From Candidatus Heimdallarchaeota archaeon (lineage in GTDB: Archaea; Asgardarchaeota; Heimdallarchaeia; Heimdallarchaeales; Heimdallarchaeaceae): a DNA stretch of 45,333 nucleotides. The position numbers and the translations under genes are program-made. Below, one piece after another: positions 28,714 through 38,412 of the stretch. A model generated the notes under the pieces. That model did not search any database, was not told where the DNA came from, and was given only the letters and a program-made list of their open reading frames with translations. The DNA lies in NCBI GenBank assembly GCA_018238545.1, contig JABCTC010000028.1, positions 1 through 45,333 on the forward strand, in the 5' to 3' direction. Position 1 is the first letter of the stretch. Each line of letters opens with the position of its first letter.

Positions 28714-30189
28714 ATGGATTTGGAATATTTGAATAGTGAGATTTTAAAAAATTATATCAATGGAAAATGGGTTGATTCAACAACTGATGAAACACGAGAT
28801 GTTATTAATCCCGCTTCAGGTGAGGTTCTTGCAAAAACCCCAATATGCACAAAAGAAGAAGCTTTAGAAACAATCAAAGCTGCAAAGGAAGCATTTTGGA
28901 AATGGAGAACAACTCCTGCACAGTCTAGAATAAGATACTTATATGATTTTCGAGATGCACTGGAAGAGAATTTTGATGATCTTGTAGAAGTTGTAACAAA
29001 GGAACACGGTAAAACATTAGATGAGTCTAGAGGAGAATACCGAAGAGCAATTGAGAATGTAGAAGCAGCTACTCATATTCCTTCGCTTCAAATGGGTTAT
29101 AATTTTGAGGAAATAGCTTCAGGTATCGACGAGATGGTTATTAAACAACCACTTGGCGTTTTCTTCTGCGTTGCACCATTCAATTTCCCAGTTATGGTAC
29201 CAGCTTGGTTTTGGCCCTATGCAATAGCTACTGGGAATACATACATCGTAAAACCTTCAGATCAGTGCCCAATAAGCATGGTAAAACAATTTGAGATTCT
29301 AGATGAGATTGGATTACCTAAAGGTGTTGTAAATCTATTACATGGTGGGCCTGAGGTTGTAAATGCTCTAGTAGAAAGTCCCGATACTGTAGGTTTATCT
29401 TTCGTTGGATCCACCAAAGTCGGAAAACTACTCTATAAAAAATGTGGAGAAGTTGGTAAGAGAGTTCAGGTTCAAGGCGGAGCTAAGAATTTCATAACCA
29501 TTATGCCAGATGCTAATATCGATAGAACTGTACCAAATCTAATCACTTCATTTTTTGGTAATGCAGGGCAACGATGTTTAGCAGGTGGTGTATTATTGAC
29601 TGTTGGAGACGTTCACAATCCGTTGAAAGAGAAATTAATTGAATCAACTAAACAAATAAAAGTTGGAGACGGGATGGATGAAGATAACCATATGGGTCCT
29701 CTAGCTTCCGAAGCTGGCATGAAGAAGGTACTAGAATACATTCAGAAAGGCATTGATGAAGGAGCAACATTAGTATTAGATGGAAGAAATGTAAGGGATG
29801 ATGAGTCTCTTAAGAATGGTTTCTATGTTGGTCCTACAATTTTCGAAAATGTTTCACCAGAGATGTCAATTGCTCAAGAAGAAATTTTTGGTCCTGTTAT
29901 GCCTATTGTAAATGTTAAAAATTTAGATGAAGCAATAGAAGTCATTCACAACAATCCTTATGGAAATGCCTCCTCCATTTTTACTTCAAGTGGGAAATCA
30001 GCTAGAGATTACCAATATCTTGTCAAAGCAGGCAATATTGGTATAAACATAGGTGTTGCAGCACCAATCGCAACTTTTCCATTCTCTGGAATGAAAGATA
30101 GTTTTATGGGAGATCTTCATGGACAAGGGAAAAGCGGAATAGATTTCTTTACAGAAGACAAGGTTGTAATTACAAGATGGTTTGATTAA
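28714..30189 (+). CDS. mmsA: CoA-acylating (methyl)malonate-semialdehyde dehydrogenase
   Basis: PFNFPVMVPAW, KPS, SFVGST, QGGAKN (no catalytic Glu, typical of MMSDH), AGQRCLA, EEIFGP, FSGMKDSFMGDLHGQG. Confidence 0.93.
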   Translation: MDLEYLNSEILKNYINGKWVDSTTDETRDVINPASGEVLAKTPICTKEEALETIKAAKEAFWKWRTTPAQSRIRYLYDFRDALEENFDDLVEVVTKEHGKTLDESRGEYRRAIENVEAATHIPSLQMGYNFEEIASGIDEMVIKQPLGVFFCVAPFNFPVMVPAWFWPYAIATGNTYIVKPSDQCPISMVKQFEILDEIGLPKGVVNLLHGGPEVVNALVESPDTVGLSFVGSTKVGKLLYKKCGEVGKRVQVQGGAKNFITIMPDANIDRTVPNLITSFFGNAGQRCLAGGVLLTVGDVHNPLKEKLIESTKQIKVGDGMDEDNHMGPLASEAGMKKVLEYIQKGIDEGATLVLDGRNVRDDESLKNGFYVGPTIFENVSPEMSIAQEEIFGPVMPIVNVKNLDEAIEVIHNNPYGNASSIFTSSGKSARDYQYLVKAGNIGINIGVAAPIATFPFSGMKDSFMGDLHGQGKSGIDFFTEDKVVITRWFD

Positions 30190-30217
30190 AAGAAAAATGA
30201 AAGAAAAGTGATAGGAA

Positions 30218-30637
30218 ATGAGTTTAGAAACTTTAGGTGCAACAATAAAGTTTGCTCTCAATCAAGAAACAGTTTTACTAGAATTCTTCCAATCTATGCA
30301 GAAGAACAACAAAAATGAAAAACTAGTAGAGGTTATAGACAAGATAGTTCAATTATCTACAAAAAATCTTAAACGATTGAAGAGAATACGAAGAGAAAAT
30401 ACGACCGAGATGATTCTTGAACCAATAAAAGGTTTAGAAAAATCAAGATTTATATTCGTTAAAGAAGATATTAACAAAATTGGTGAACATGAAGTAGTTA
30501 ATAGTTTGAAGAACTATCTAACAAAAATAATATTATTTTACTCTGAATCTGCTGAAAAAGTAAGTTTTATTGGAGAAATATCATACGTTTTTGAGCAATT
30601 CAAAGAAAAATATCAAGAGCTAATTAATTTGATTTAA
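30218..30637 (+). CDS. Small helical protein, possibly ferritin/rubrerythrin-like fold without a full di-iron motif
   Basis: All-helical pattern; IKFALNQE...FF, RRENTTEMILEPI, FYSESAEK; no ExxH. Confidence 0.55.
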   Translation: MSLETLGATIKFALNQETVLLEFFQSMQKNNKNEKLVEVIDKIVQLSTKNLKRLKRIRRENTTEMILEPIKGLEKSRFIFVKEDINKIGEHEVVNSLKNYLTKIILFYSESAEKVSFIGEISYVFEQFKEKYQELINLI

Positions 30638-30654
30638 TGTGTTAGGTGAAAAAT

Positions 30655-31947
30655 ATGAACTCAGAAGAAATAAGGAAGAAGGATGAAGAGTTTTTTATTC
30701 AAGGGTACGCTAGAGTACCTATTGTATTGACAGAAGGGAAAGGAGCAACGTTAAAGGATATAAACGGAAAAGAATACATTGATTGTTTTGCAGGAATTGC
30801 AGTTTCAAATGTTGGTCATGCTCATGAAAGGTTAGTTCAAGCAGGTACTAATCAAATGAAGAAACTGATTCACACTTCAGGGAGATTTTTCAATATTCCA
30901 CAAACACTTCTAGTAGAAAAACTTGCAGAGATCACACCTAATGGTTTACAACACACTTACTTGTGTAACAGTGGAACAGAAGCTGTGGAAAATGCTGTCA
31001 AGCTTGTAAAGAAATATGCTATATCTCGTGGCAAAACAGGAGCTGCGCTGATTGCTCTTGAAGGTTCCTTTCATGGAAGATTAGGTTTTTCCCTCAGTTT
31101 AACTGGTCAAGCAAAATACAAGAAAGGATTTTCATCTTATGCTAATCTACAAGGAGTAGTTCATGCACCAACGCCTTACCCTTATAGATCAAAACTCTCA
31201 GAGGAAGAATGTGGAGAAGAAGCAGCGTTAGCTATTGAAAATGTGATTGATTATCATACAGCTGGAGATGTTGCTGCATTCATCATTGAACCCATACTTG
31301 GTGAAGGAGGAATTATCGTTCCACCTGATACTTATTTTGAAACTTTGGTTGGGATACTAAAAGAGCGAGATATTCCGTTTATCTCTGATGAAGTACAATC
31401 TGGTTTTGGTCGATCTGGTAAATGGTTTGCTAGTGAATATTGGAATCTTAATCCAGATTTAATGACCCTAGCTAAAGGACTTGGTGGAGGTATGCCCATT
31501 GGAGCAGCTATTGCTACAAGCAAGATAGTTGAATGTGTTAAATCAGGTGACTTCTTCTCAACTTATGGAGGTAATCCTGTCTGTTCAGCGGTAGCACTAG
31601 AAAACATCAAAATTATTGAAGATGAAAAATTAGTCGAGAATTCCGCTAATATTGGTAAGGTCTTCATGGAGGGGCTAAAAAATATACAAAGGAAGAATAG
31701 TATAATCGGAGATGTGAGAGGAAAAGGATTAATGATAGGTTTTGAACTTGTTAAAAATCCTAAAACTAAGAAACCTGCAGTAGACGAAACTAAAAAGATG
31801 GTAAACTTACTCAAAAATGAAGGAGTTATCATAGGTTTGGGTGGATTATTTGGGAATGTTCTAAGACTTCAACCTCCTTTATGTATAACAGAAGAGCAAG
31901 CCAATGAAGTATTAGATAAAATTGAAAAGACATTAACCTCCCTTTAA
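30655..31947 (+). CDS. Class III PLP aminotransferase (omega-amino acid: GABA / beta-alanine type)
   Basis: YIDCFAGIAV..VGH, NSGTEA, FHGR, EPILGEGG, DEVQSGFGRSG, PLP lysine in TLAKG, STYGGNP, VLRLQPPL; AGGTGA RBS before ATG 30655. Confidence 0.92.
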   Translation: MNSEEIRKKDEEFFIQGYARVPIVLTEGKGATLKDINGKEYIDCFAGIAVSNVGHAHERLVQAGTNQMKKLIHTSGRFFNIPQTLLVEKLAEITPNGLQHTYLCNSGTEAVENAVKLVKKYAISRGKTGAALIALEGSFHGRLGFSLSLTGQAKYKKGFSSYANLQGVVHAPTPYPYRSKLSEEECGEEAALAIENVIDYHTAGDVAAFIIEPILGEGGIIVPPDTYFETLVGILKERDIPFISDEVQSGFGRSGKWFASEYWNLNPDLMTLAKGLGGGMPIGAAIATSKIVECVKSGDFFSTYGGNPVCSAVALENIKIIEDEKLVENSANIGKVFMEGLKNIQRKNSIIGDVRGKGLMIGFELVKNPKTKKPAVDETKKMVNLLKNEGVIIGLGGLFGNVLRLQPPLCITEEQANEVLDKIEKTLTSL

Positions 31948-32070
31948 CTTGCAAGATGGGCGGTTAGTATAATATATCAACAAGATAATTCATAACAAAA
32001 GAGAAGATAACGATATAATAACTGCAAATCTTTTTAATTTCTTATTCTTTCTTTTCTTCGTGATACTAAA

Positions 32071-32973
32071 ATGAATGCAGGAAATACTCATAGAATAACC
32101 ATGAAAGATGTTGTTTACAAAGCTGATAAAAATAACCCTCCGGTTTTAACTATTGATTCTGGTGATACAGTTGTATTCGAATGTAAAGATGCCTTTAATC
32201 AAGTAATTCAAAAACCTGAAGATTTGCCGATTGACTTTGATATGGAGCACATTAATCCAGCAACTGGTCCTGTTTATGTGAAAGGTGCAGAACCTGGTGA
32301 CACTTTAGAGGTTCATATACTCAACATAGATGTAGCGGAACAAGGTTCTTGTTGCATAATACCTAATTTTGGTTTTCTAGCCCCTGAATTTCCAGAACCA
32401 TGGACTAGAATAATTCCAATCAAGGATGGTTATGCGATATTCAGTGATAAAGTAAAAATACTAATTAATCCTTTTCCAGGAACGATGATTGTTGCGCCAA
32501 CTGAAGTAACTCACGACCACGGAACACTTATCCCTAAGGAATATGGAGGGAACATGGATAGTCGAGCATGTACTGCAGGAACAACTGTTTTTCTACCTAT
32601 TTTTGTTGAAGGTGCTCTTTTTGGTGTAGGTGATGTTCATGCGGTCCAAGGTGATGGTGAAGTTTGTGGAACAGCTGTTGAAATCGATGCTGATGTAACT
32701 ATCAAATTTGTTGTGAATAAGAACAAGAAAATTAAGAGACCTCATTATGAGAATAAGGAGTATTATATGACAACTGCATGGGGAGAAACAACTGATGAAG
32801 CTTGTAAAATTGCTTTGAGAGATATGATCGATTGGATAGTTGAAGAAAAAGGACTAACAAAACAAGAAGCTTATGCTCTTTGCAGCTGTGCTGTTGATAT
32901 GAGAATCAGCCAGTTAGTAGACATTACACCTGGAGTTAGAGCAGTAATCGCAAAAAAATTATTTGTTGAGTGA
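32071..32973 (+). CDS. Acetamidase/formamidase family amidohydrolase
   Basis: NPATGPVYVKGAEPGDTL, GGNMD, GDVHAVQGDGEVCGTAVE, AYALCS. Confidence 0.92.
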   Translation: MNAGNTHRITMKDVVYKADKNNPPVLTIDSGDTVVFECKDAFNQVIQKPEDLPIDFDMEHINPATGPVYVKGAEPGDTLEVHILNIDVAEQGSCCIIPNFGFLAPEFPEPWTRIIPIKDGYAIFSDKVKILINPFPGTMIVAPTEVTHDHGTLIPKEYGGNMDSRACTAGTTVFLPIFVEGALFGVGDVHAVQGDGEVCGTAVEIDADVTIKFVVNKNKKIKRPHYENKEYYMTTAWGETTDEACKIALRDMIDWIVEEKGLTKQEAYALCSCAVDMRISQLVDITPGVRAVIAKKLFVE

Positions 32974-32986
32974 GAGTTAAAGGAGA

Positions 32987-34051
32987 ATGTACAGCAATAA
33001 AATAGAATTATCGGAAGAAAATGTTAAAAAAATAATTACTGATTTCTATGATCTAGGAGAAATCATCTCCATAATTCCCCTTGAATCTGGTCATGAGAGT
33101 GACAATGTTAAGTTTTCTACCCCAGAAGGTGACTTCGTACTTAAGTTGCACTTTTATCCCCAACTAGATGGTATTAGGGATAAGATGAACACACATGACT
33201 TACTTCATGAAGCAGGAGTGAAAGTTCCCATACCTATCAATACTAGAAAAAAGGATTTTGTAGCTAAATATGATAAGGAAAATCTTCTTGTTGTTCACAC
33301 ATTTATTTCAGGGGAACCAATTTATAGAGAAGATGAGAAAACAATGTTTAGCTGGATGAAGTGGTTTGGGAAGCAATTTGGAATTTTTCACAAGAAGTCA
33401 AAAAATATACCACTAGAGAAAATTAAACAGAGAGTAAAAAATAAGGATATGGATTCTATTTCTCCACCACCAGGTGATTGGGTACTAGATAGATATAAGG
33501 AAAGGAATTCAATATTACCAGAGCATGAGAAAAACGAAAAGATACTAAAAGATTTTGTGCAATTTCTCAAAATTGTACGAGAATTAGATATGTCTAGTTT
33601 TACAGCTGGATTAACGCATGGTGATATTTTCCCGGGAAATTTCTTTAAGAAAAATGAGGAACTTACAGGTATTCTAGATTTTGGTGCCAGTTACGAATGT
33701 TTAGTTTCTGATTTGGGAACATGGGTTATGTATACTTCTCTGTATAAACCAGAGAATAGAGATTATTTCAAAAATTTCATAAAACCTTACTTGAAATATT
33801 CAGAAATTCCGATAGAGGAATTAAAACTAGTTCCTTTGCTTCTAAAATCGAGAGCTTATCTTCAATACTTCTATTTTGCTTTTAGAATACACAATAATAT
33901 AACACAAGGTCTTGAGGAGGAGGAATTGAAGGATGCATCAAAGCACAATTGGAAAGGTTTTACTGATGGGATATATCTTGTTGAAACAGCTAATGATTTA
34001 GATAATAATTATTTTTATGATTTAGCCATACAAGCTCTACAAGATACTTAA
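32987..34051 (+). CDS. APH / type II homoserine kinase-like small-molecule phosphotransferase
   Basis: SGHESDN, FVLK, Brenner motif HGDIFPGN, ILDFG, DLG. Confidence 0.85.
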   Translation: MYSNKIELSEENVKKIITDFYDLGEIISIIPLESGHESDNVKFSTPEGDFVLKLHFYPQLDGIRDKMNTHDLLHEAGVKVPIPINTRKKDFVAKYDKENLLVVHTFISGEPIYREDEKTMFSWMKWFGKQFGIFHKKSKNIPLEKIKQRVKNKDMDSISPPPGDWVLDRYKERNSILPEHEKNEKILKDFVQFLKIVRELDMSSFTAGLTHGDIFPGNFFKKNEELTGILDFGASYECLVSDLGTWVMYTSLYKPENRDYFKNFIKPYLKYSEIPIEELKLVPLLLKSRAYLQYFYFAFRIHNNITQGLEEEELKDASKHNWKGFTDGIYLVETANDLDNNYFYDLAIQALQDT

Positions 34052-34120
34052 TAAGTAAGATCCCTTTATGGTATATCAGTAATATTTTTGTATGTGTCTT
34101 AAAACCCCTATTTGATAATA

Positions 34121-35938
34121 ATGGTTAAAGAAATTACTTTAGAAAAACTAGCTTCCATCCCTAGTTTTTCGTTTATATCTGCTAATAATAAAAGAGATAA
34201 AATAAGTTTTTACTGGAATAAAACAAAAAGACAGGAGTTTTATATTTTAGATCCAGCAACTTTAGAATATAGTCAAATTACTGATGGAGAGCTTCCAAAA
34301 GCTATTCGAGCGGGTTATATTTGGTTAAAAGATGATGTTCACATAACCTATACTCGTGATGTAGATGGGGATGAACAACACAACATCTATCTTTTCAACA
34401 CTGAAACCAAAGAAAGTATTCAACTCACTGATACACCTAATGCTCAAGAATATCCTCTAGATGTGAGTCCTGATGGAAAGAAACTTCTTATCTCCTCCAA
34501 CAGGCATGATCAAATGAACCTTTTTACCTTAGATCTCGAATCTAAAGAAGTACTTCAATTGACTGCTTTTGATAAACCTGTTTGGGGTCTTGCTGAATGG
34601 GCAAAAAATGGTTGGATCTATTTCAATTATAACGATACTTACAACGTGAAAAATACTGATGTTTGGGCAATCAAAGAGGATGGTAGTGGGATTAAAAAAT
34701 TAGTTAATATCTCTGACGATTCTAATGATTCCTTCAGTCATGTGAGTAAAAATGGGAAGTATCTAGCAATATCAAGTGATCAAACTGGAATAGTAACTAC
34801 TGGTCTTTATAATCTTGAGACTAACCAAATCAAGTGGTTAGGAGATGGGAAATATGAAGAAAATCCCATCTTATTCTCTGATGACAGTGAAAAGTTAGTA
34901 GTCTTAAAAAATCATGAAGCAGAGTTAATACCAAGCATATATGATATTGAATCTGGAGATGTACAAGAACTAGGATTCAAAGGGCTAACATACGGTGCTC
35001 GTTGGTGTCTGAATGATAACTATCTTGTTTACATGAGAATGGATTCTGAAACACCTGTGATTTTAGCAAGGTTTGATATAGAAAATGGTGAAGAAAAAAT
35101 CTTGATTCCCCCTCAAACTGATTTAGAAGCAGATGATTTCTATAAACAACAATACATCAAATACCCCTCTTTTGATGGTAGAGAAATTGCTGCAACACTC
35201 TATACACCTAAACTTGAACCAGGTAAAAAATATCCAGCGTTAGTTAATGTTCATGGGGGCCCAACCGGTCAATATTTCCAAATGTTCGATATGTTTTCTC
35301 AGGTTTTCGCTCATGAAGGGTTTGTCATTCTTAATCCTAATATTAGAGGTAGTACTGGTTATGGAAAAGAATTCATGGAACTCAACCTTAAAGATTGGGG
35401 CGGAGGAGACGGAAAAGACGTTGTTTGGGCTAAAAAGTATCTAGAGAAATTAGACTATGTTGACCCTGATAGAATTGGTGTTTTTGGTGGATCATATGGA
35501 GGGTTTATGACATTCATCCAATTAACAAAATTTGCAGGTGAAGGTTGGAAAACTGGATCTGCATGGATAGGTATTTCTGATCTAAAAACAATGTATGACA
35601 AATCTAAACCTCATTTCCAATACTTTCTAATTCAACATCTAGGATCTTACGAAGAAAACAAAGAAGTTTGGAAAAATGGTTCGGCCATAAATTTTATCGA
35701 AAATATTAAAGTACCAATTCAGATGATCCATGGTGTAAATGATCCTCGATGTCCTGTAGAAGAGAGTAGACAATTCAGAGACAAACTCCTAGAAATGGGC
35801 TGGAAGGAAGGAACTGAAGGAGAAAAGACATTTGAATATGTCGAATTTGCGGATGAAGGTCATGGTGCTTTTTCTGATATTGGAATGAGAATCCGAACCT
35901 TCAATCATTTCGTCGATTTCTTTAAAAGAAGGTTGTAA
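34121..35938 (+). CDS. S9 family prolyl oligopeptidase / acylaminoacyl peptidase
   Basis: Propeller repeats (SPDGKK), VHGGP, PNIRGSTGYG, GGSYGG, HGVNDPRC, DEGH. Confidence 0.95.
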   Translation: MVKEITLEKLASIPSFSFISANNKRDKISFYWNKTKRQEFYILDPATLEYSQITDGELPKAIRAGYIWLKDDVHITYTRDVDGDEQHNIYLFNTETKESIQLTDTPNAQEYPLDVSPDGKKLLISSNRHDQMNLFTLDLESKEVLQLTAFDKPVWGLAEWAKNGWIYFNYNDTYNVKNTDVWAIKEDGSGIKKLVNISDDSNDSFSHVSKNGKYLAISSDQTGIVTTGLYNLETNQIKWLGDGKYEENPILFSDDSEKLVVLKNHEAELIPSIYDIESGDVQELGFKGLTYGARWCLNDNYLVYMRMDSETPVILARFDIENGEEKILIPPQTDLEADDFYKQQYIKYPSFDGREIAATLYTPKLEPGKKYPALVNVHGGPTGQYFQMFDMFSQVFAHEGFVILNPNIRGSTGYGKEFMELNLKDWGGGDGKDVVWAKKYLEKLDYVDPDRIGVFGGSYGGFMTFIQLTKFAGEGWKTGSAWIGISDLKTMYDKSKPHFQYFLIQHLGSYEENKEVWKNGSAINFIENIKVPIQMIHGVNDPRCPVEESRQFRDKLLEMGWKEGTEGEKTFEYVEFADEGHGAFSDIGMRIRTFNHFVDFFKRRL

Positions 35939-35967
35939 AACACCCTCCTTTTATTCTTCTTTTATTA

Positions 35968-37077
35968 CTAAGCATTATTCAAACGATTATATTTTTTCAT
36001 AACTTCTTTTAGCATGTCATGAGGAAGAGAGTAAACAATATTACCATTAATCCCCTTCATAGTTTCAGCATTTATCAAAGCATTAATTATCGCTTCTTCT
36101 GTCGCTTCAGCAACAGCTTTGAATAAGGAAGAAATGTGCTTATTATCAAGAGCAGTAACAGTTCTTATTTTTTCTTCTTTATTTGCTCCATCTTCAAATA
36201 TGTTAGCAGTGGAGAAGGCAAGGAAAATATCTCCTGAATAATTCCCTCCATAACCACCAACTCTTGCTAAACCTGCTGGCACTCTTTTTGCTAATCTCTT
36301 TAATTGAATAGGTAAGAGAGGTGCGTTAGTAGCAATAATCGCTATTATAGAACCATTTTCTTGATTCGGCTTAATTTCAAATTTAAATTTAGGTTTGCAA
36401 TCATTTTTCATTTCCATCCCTACGGGTACACCTGCAATTGTAAGATGTTCTCGAAGTCCATAATTTGCTTGAACTAATACACCTACCGAATAACCGCCAT
36501 GTTTCTCATCAATTACTCTAGAACTTGTACCGATCCCTCCTTTGAACTGATGACATATCATACCTGTTCCTCCACCCACGTTTCCCTCAGTAACAAAACC
36601 ACTTTTCGCAGAATCTAAAGATTCAAATGCATGCTTTTTTGTGACATGAAAGCCATTAATATCATTTAATAAACCATCATAAGTCTCAGCAACAATAGAG
36701 AGAGACCAAAAAATTCTTTGTTTAGCTAAACCTTCCTTAAAAATCCATTCAATGACAGCATCTCTAACTACTCCAACACTATGGGTGTTAGTAATACAAA
36801 TAGGGCCTTTTAATTGACCTGATTCTTCTATCCAAGCCGAACCGGTCATTTCACCATTACCATTATAAGCGAAATATCCAGCAAAAACCTCATTCAGATT
36901 TTTACCACATGGTAAGATAGCTGTCACACCTGTTCGAATTGGACCTTTACCAACAATAAGATCTCCTTCTCCTTCTACAATAGTTGAATGACCAACTAGA
37001 ACGCCATCCACATCCGTGATTGAATTGTTCTTACCGGTTGCACCTTCAAATGGTATACCCAAGTCTCGTGCTTTCAT
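35968..37077 (-). CDS. dmpA: DmpA/BapA (P1/S58) family aminopeptidase (L-aminopeptidase/D-amidase, beta-peptidyl aminopeptidase-like)
   Basis: RDLGI, NSITDVDGVLVGH, RTGVT, NGNGEMTG, ETYDG.LND, EGNVGGGTGM, KGGIGTSSR, autoprocessing site GS in NGSII..IATNAP, SGDIFLAFST. Confidence 0.93.
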   Translation of the reverse strand: MKARDLGIPFEGATGKNNSITDVDGVLVGHSTIVEGEGDLIVGKGPIRTGVTAILPCGKNLNEVFAGYFAYNGNGEMTGSAWIEESGQLKGPICITNTHSVGVVRDAVIEWIFKEGLAKQRIFWSLSIVAETYDGLLNDINGFHVTKKHAFESLDSAKSGFVTEGNVGGGTGMICHQFKGGIGTSSRVIDEKHGGYSVGVLVQANYGLREHLTIAGVPVGMEMKNDCKPKFKFEIKPNQENGSIIAIIATNAPLLPIQLKRLAKRVPAGLARVGGYGGNYSGDIFLAFSTANIFEDGANKEEKIRTVTALDNKHISSLFKAVAEATEEAIINALINAETMKGINGNIVYSLPHDMLKEVMKKYNRLNNA

Positions 37078-37138
37078 GATATATGGAAAAGCTACCTAAT
37101 ATTAAAAATTTGGTTAAAAAAAGTTAAGAAAAAACCTC

Positions 37139-38284
37139 TCAGGATTTTCTCTTCTTAATTACGATAATTGCAATGACAGCTAACACTGGTAGCATGGCAA
37201 TTAATTGATAAGTACTATCATCTGGCGGAAGTAGAATTGTAGGATCTACAACCGCTCTAACAGCCTTTGAAACATTTAATAATCCATATCCAGTTAGAAG
37301 ATCGAATCCTTCATCACCAATATCAGTAGCAGATTTGCGCAATATATCACGAATCTCAGAAACCGAAAGAGAATCATTGAGAGTTTTCATTAAAGCGATA
37401 GTAGCTGCTACTTGAGGTGCGGCAAAAGAAGTTCCCCAACCAGTCCAATATTGATCTGGAGGAGCAGTGCTTCTGATATTTACTGCATCAGCATCACCAA
37501 CTGGTGCAACGATTTCTGTTTCCTCACCATAATTACTATAATCTGCTTTTTCGTTATATTGATTGGATGCACCAACAGCTATAACTATATCACTTTTAGC
37601 TGGGTGAGCTACAACTGGGAGATAACTGTTTCCAGTAACCGCAACTACAGGTATATTCAAGTTATACGCGTAGAGCAAATCGTCAAAGAATAATGAAGAA
37701 TTATCATAAGCATAAAGACTCAAATTTATTATATCAGCACCATTTTCGGCAGCGTATCTAATTGCATCACCAAGAGCTTCATAGCTGTAGAAGGAATTTC
37801 CTGAATCTAGAATGCGAACATTCATTATAGTAACATTGGGCGCCACACCAACAACACCTAAATCATCTATAGGAGCAGCTATAATTCCTGCAATAAAGGT
37901 TGCATGCCAATGAACAGGATCACCAGAAACAGGTCCAGGTGTATTATCATCAGAGTTGAAATCCCAACCATAGACATCATCAACATATCCATTTCCATCG
38001 TCGTCAATTGAATTATTTGCAATTTCTCCAGTGTTTATCCACTCAATATTATCATCAAGGTCTGGATGAGAAAAGTCTACTCCTGAATCTACTATTGCTA
38101 CAACTATATCCTTACTACCTTGAGTAATTTCCCAAGCCTCTTTAGTATGAATTAGGTTGTGAGTCCATGTATTTTCATAATTTGCAGCTAAAGAAGGTTG
38201 AACTACTCTATCGGAAGAATTCAGAGAAAGTAGAATCAATGATGTAAGAATAAGAACTGAAAAAATATTCTTCTTGATATTCAT
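37139..38284 (-). CDS. Secreted, C-terminally anchored S8 subtilase (paralog 1)
   Basis: Signal peptide; Asp (VDSG), His (WHATFIAG), oxyanion Asn (TGN), Ser (GTSFAAP); DDDGNGYVDD insert; TM + KKRKS tail; start 38284 supported by promoter spacing shared with paralog 2. Confidence 0.92.
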   Translation of the reverse strand: MNIKKNIFSVLILTSLILLSLNSSDRVVQPSLAANYENTWTHNLIHTKEAWEITQGSKDIVVAIVDSGVDFSHPDLDDNIEWINTGEIANNSIDDDGNGYVDDVYGWDFNSDDNTPGPVSGDPVHWHATFIAGIIAAPIDDLGVVGVAPNVTIMNVRILDSGNSFYSYEALGDAIRYAAENGADIINLSLYAYDNSSLFFDDLLYAYNLNIPVVAVTGNSYLPVVAHPAKSDIVIAVGASNQYNEKADYSNYGEETEIVAPVGDADAVNIRSTAPPDQYWTGWGTSFAAPQVAATIALMKTLNDSLSVSEIRDILRKSATDIGDEGFDLLTGYGLLNVSKAVRAVVDPTILLPPDDSTYQLIAMLPVLAVIAIIVIKKRKS

Positions 38285-38308
38285 ATTTGAAAGAGCTAAT
38301 TCATTATG

Positions 38309-38329
38309 ATAAATGTTACTGAAAAACAA
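38309..38329 (-). promoter_or_regulatory. Promoter element shared by both subtilase genes
   Basis: + strand ATAAATGTTACTGAAAAACAA beginning 25 nt from the start codon. Confidence 0.65.
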
Positions 38330-38412
38330 GTTTTCAATGAGTTTGAAGATGTTTAGAAGTAATTGTGCTAAAGGGGAAAAGAGCAGCTAAGAAAATGATG
38401 AAGAAGTTTTCT

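Noticed and set aside
30655-31947. Amino-acid racemase of the class III fold, as in Thermococcales
   Set aside because: Not excluded, but the retained FHGR/GEGG/VLR residues and position next to mmsA fit an omega-transaminase better
17132-34051. Aminoglycoside-resistance pair (Eis plus APH-like kinase)
   Set aside because: The genes are about 15 kb apart, both families are broad with metabolic roles, and there is no mobile context
35924-35967. Hairpin terminator between the convergent S9 peptidase and dmpA
   Set aside because: The stem has two mismatches; plausible as a T-rich terminator but too weak to call
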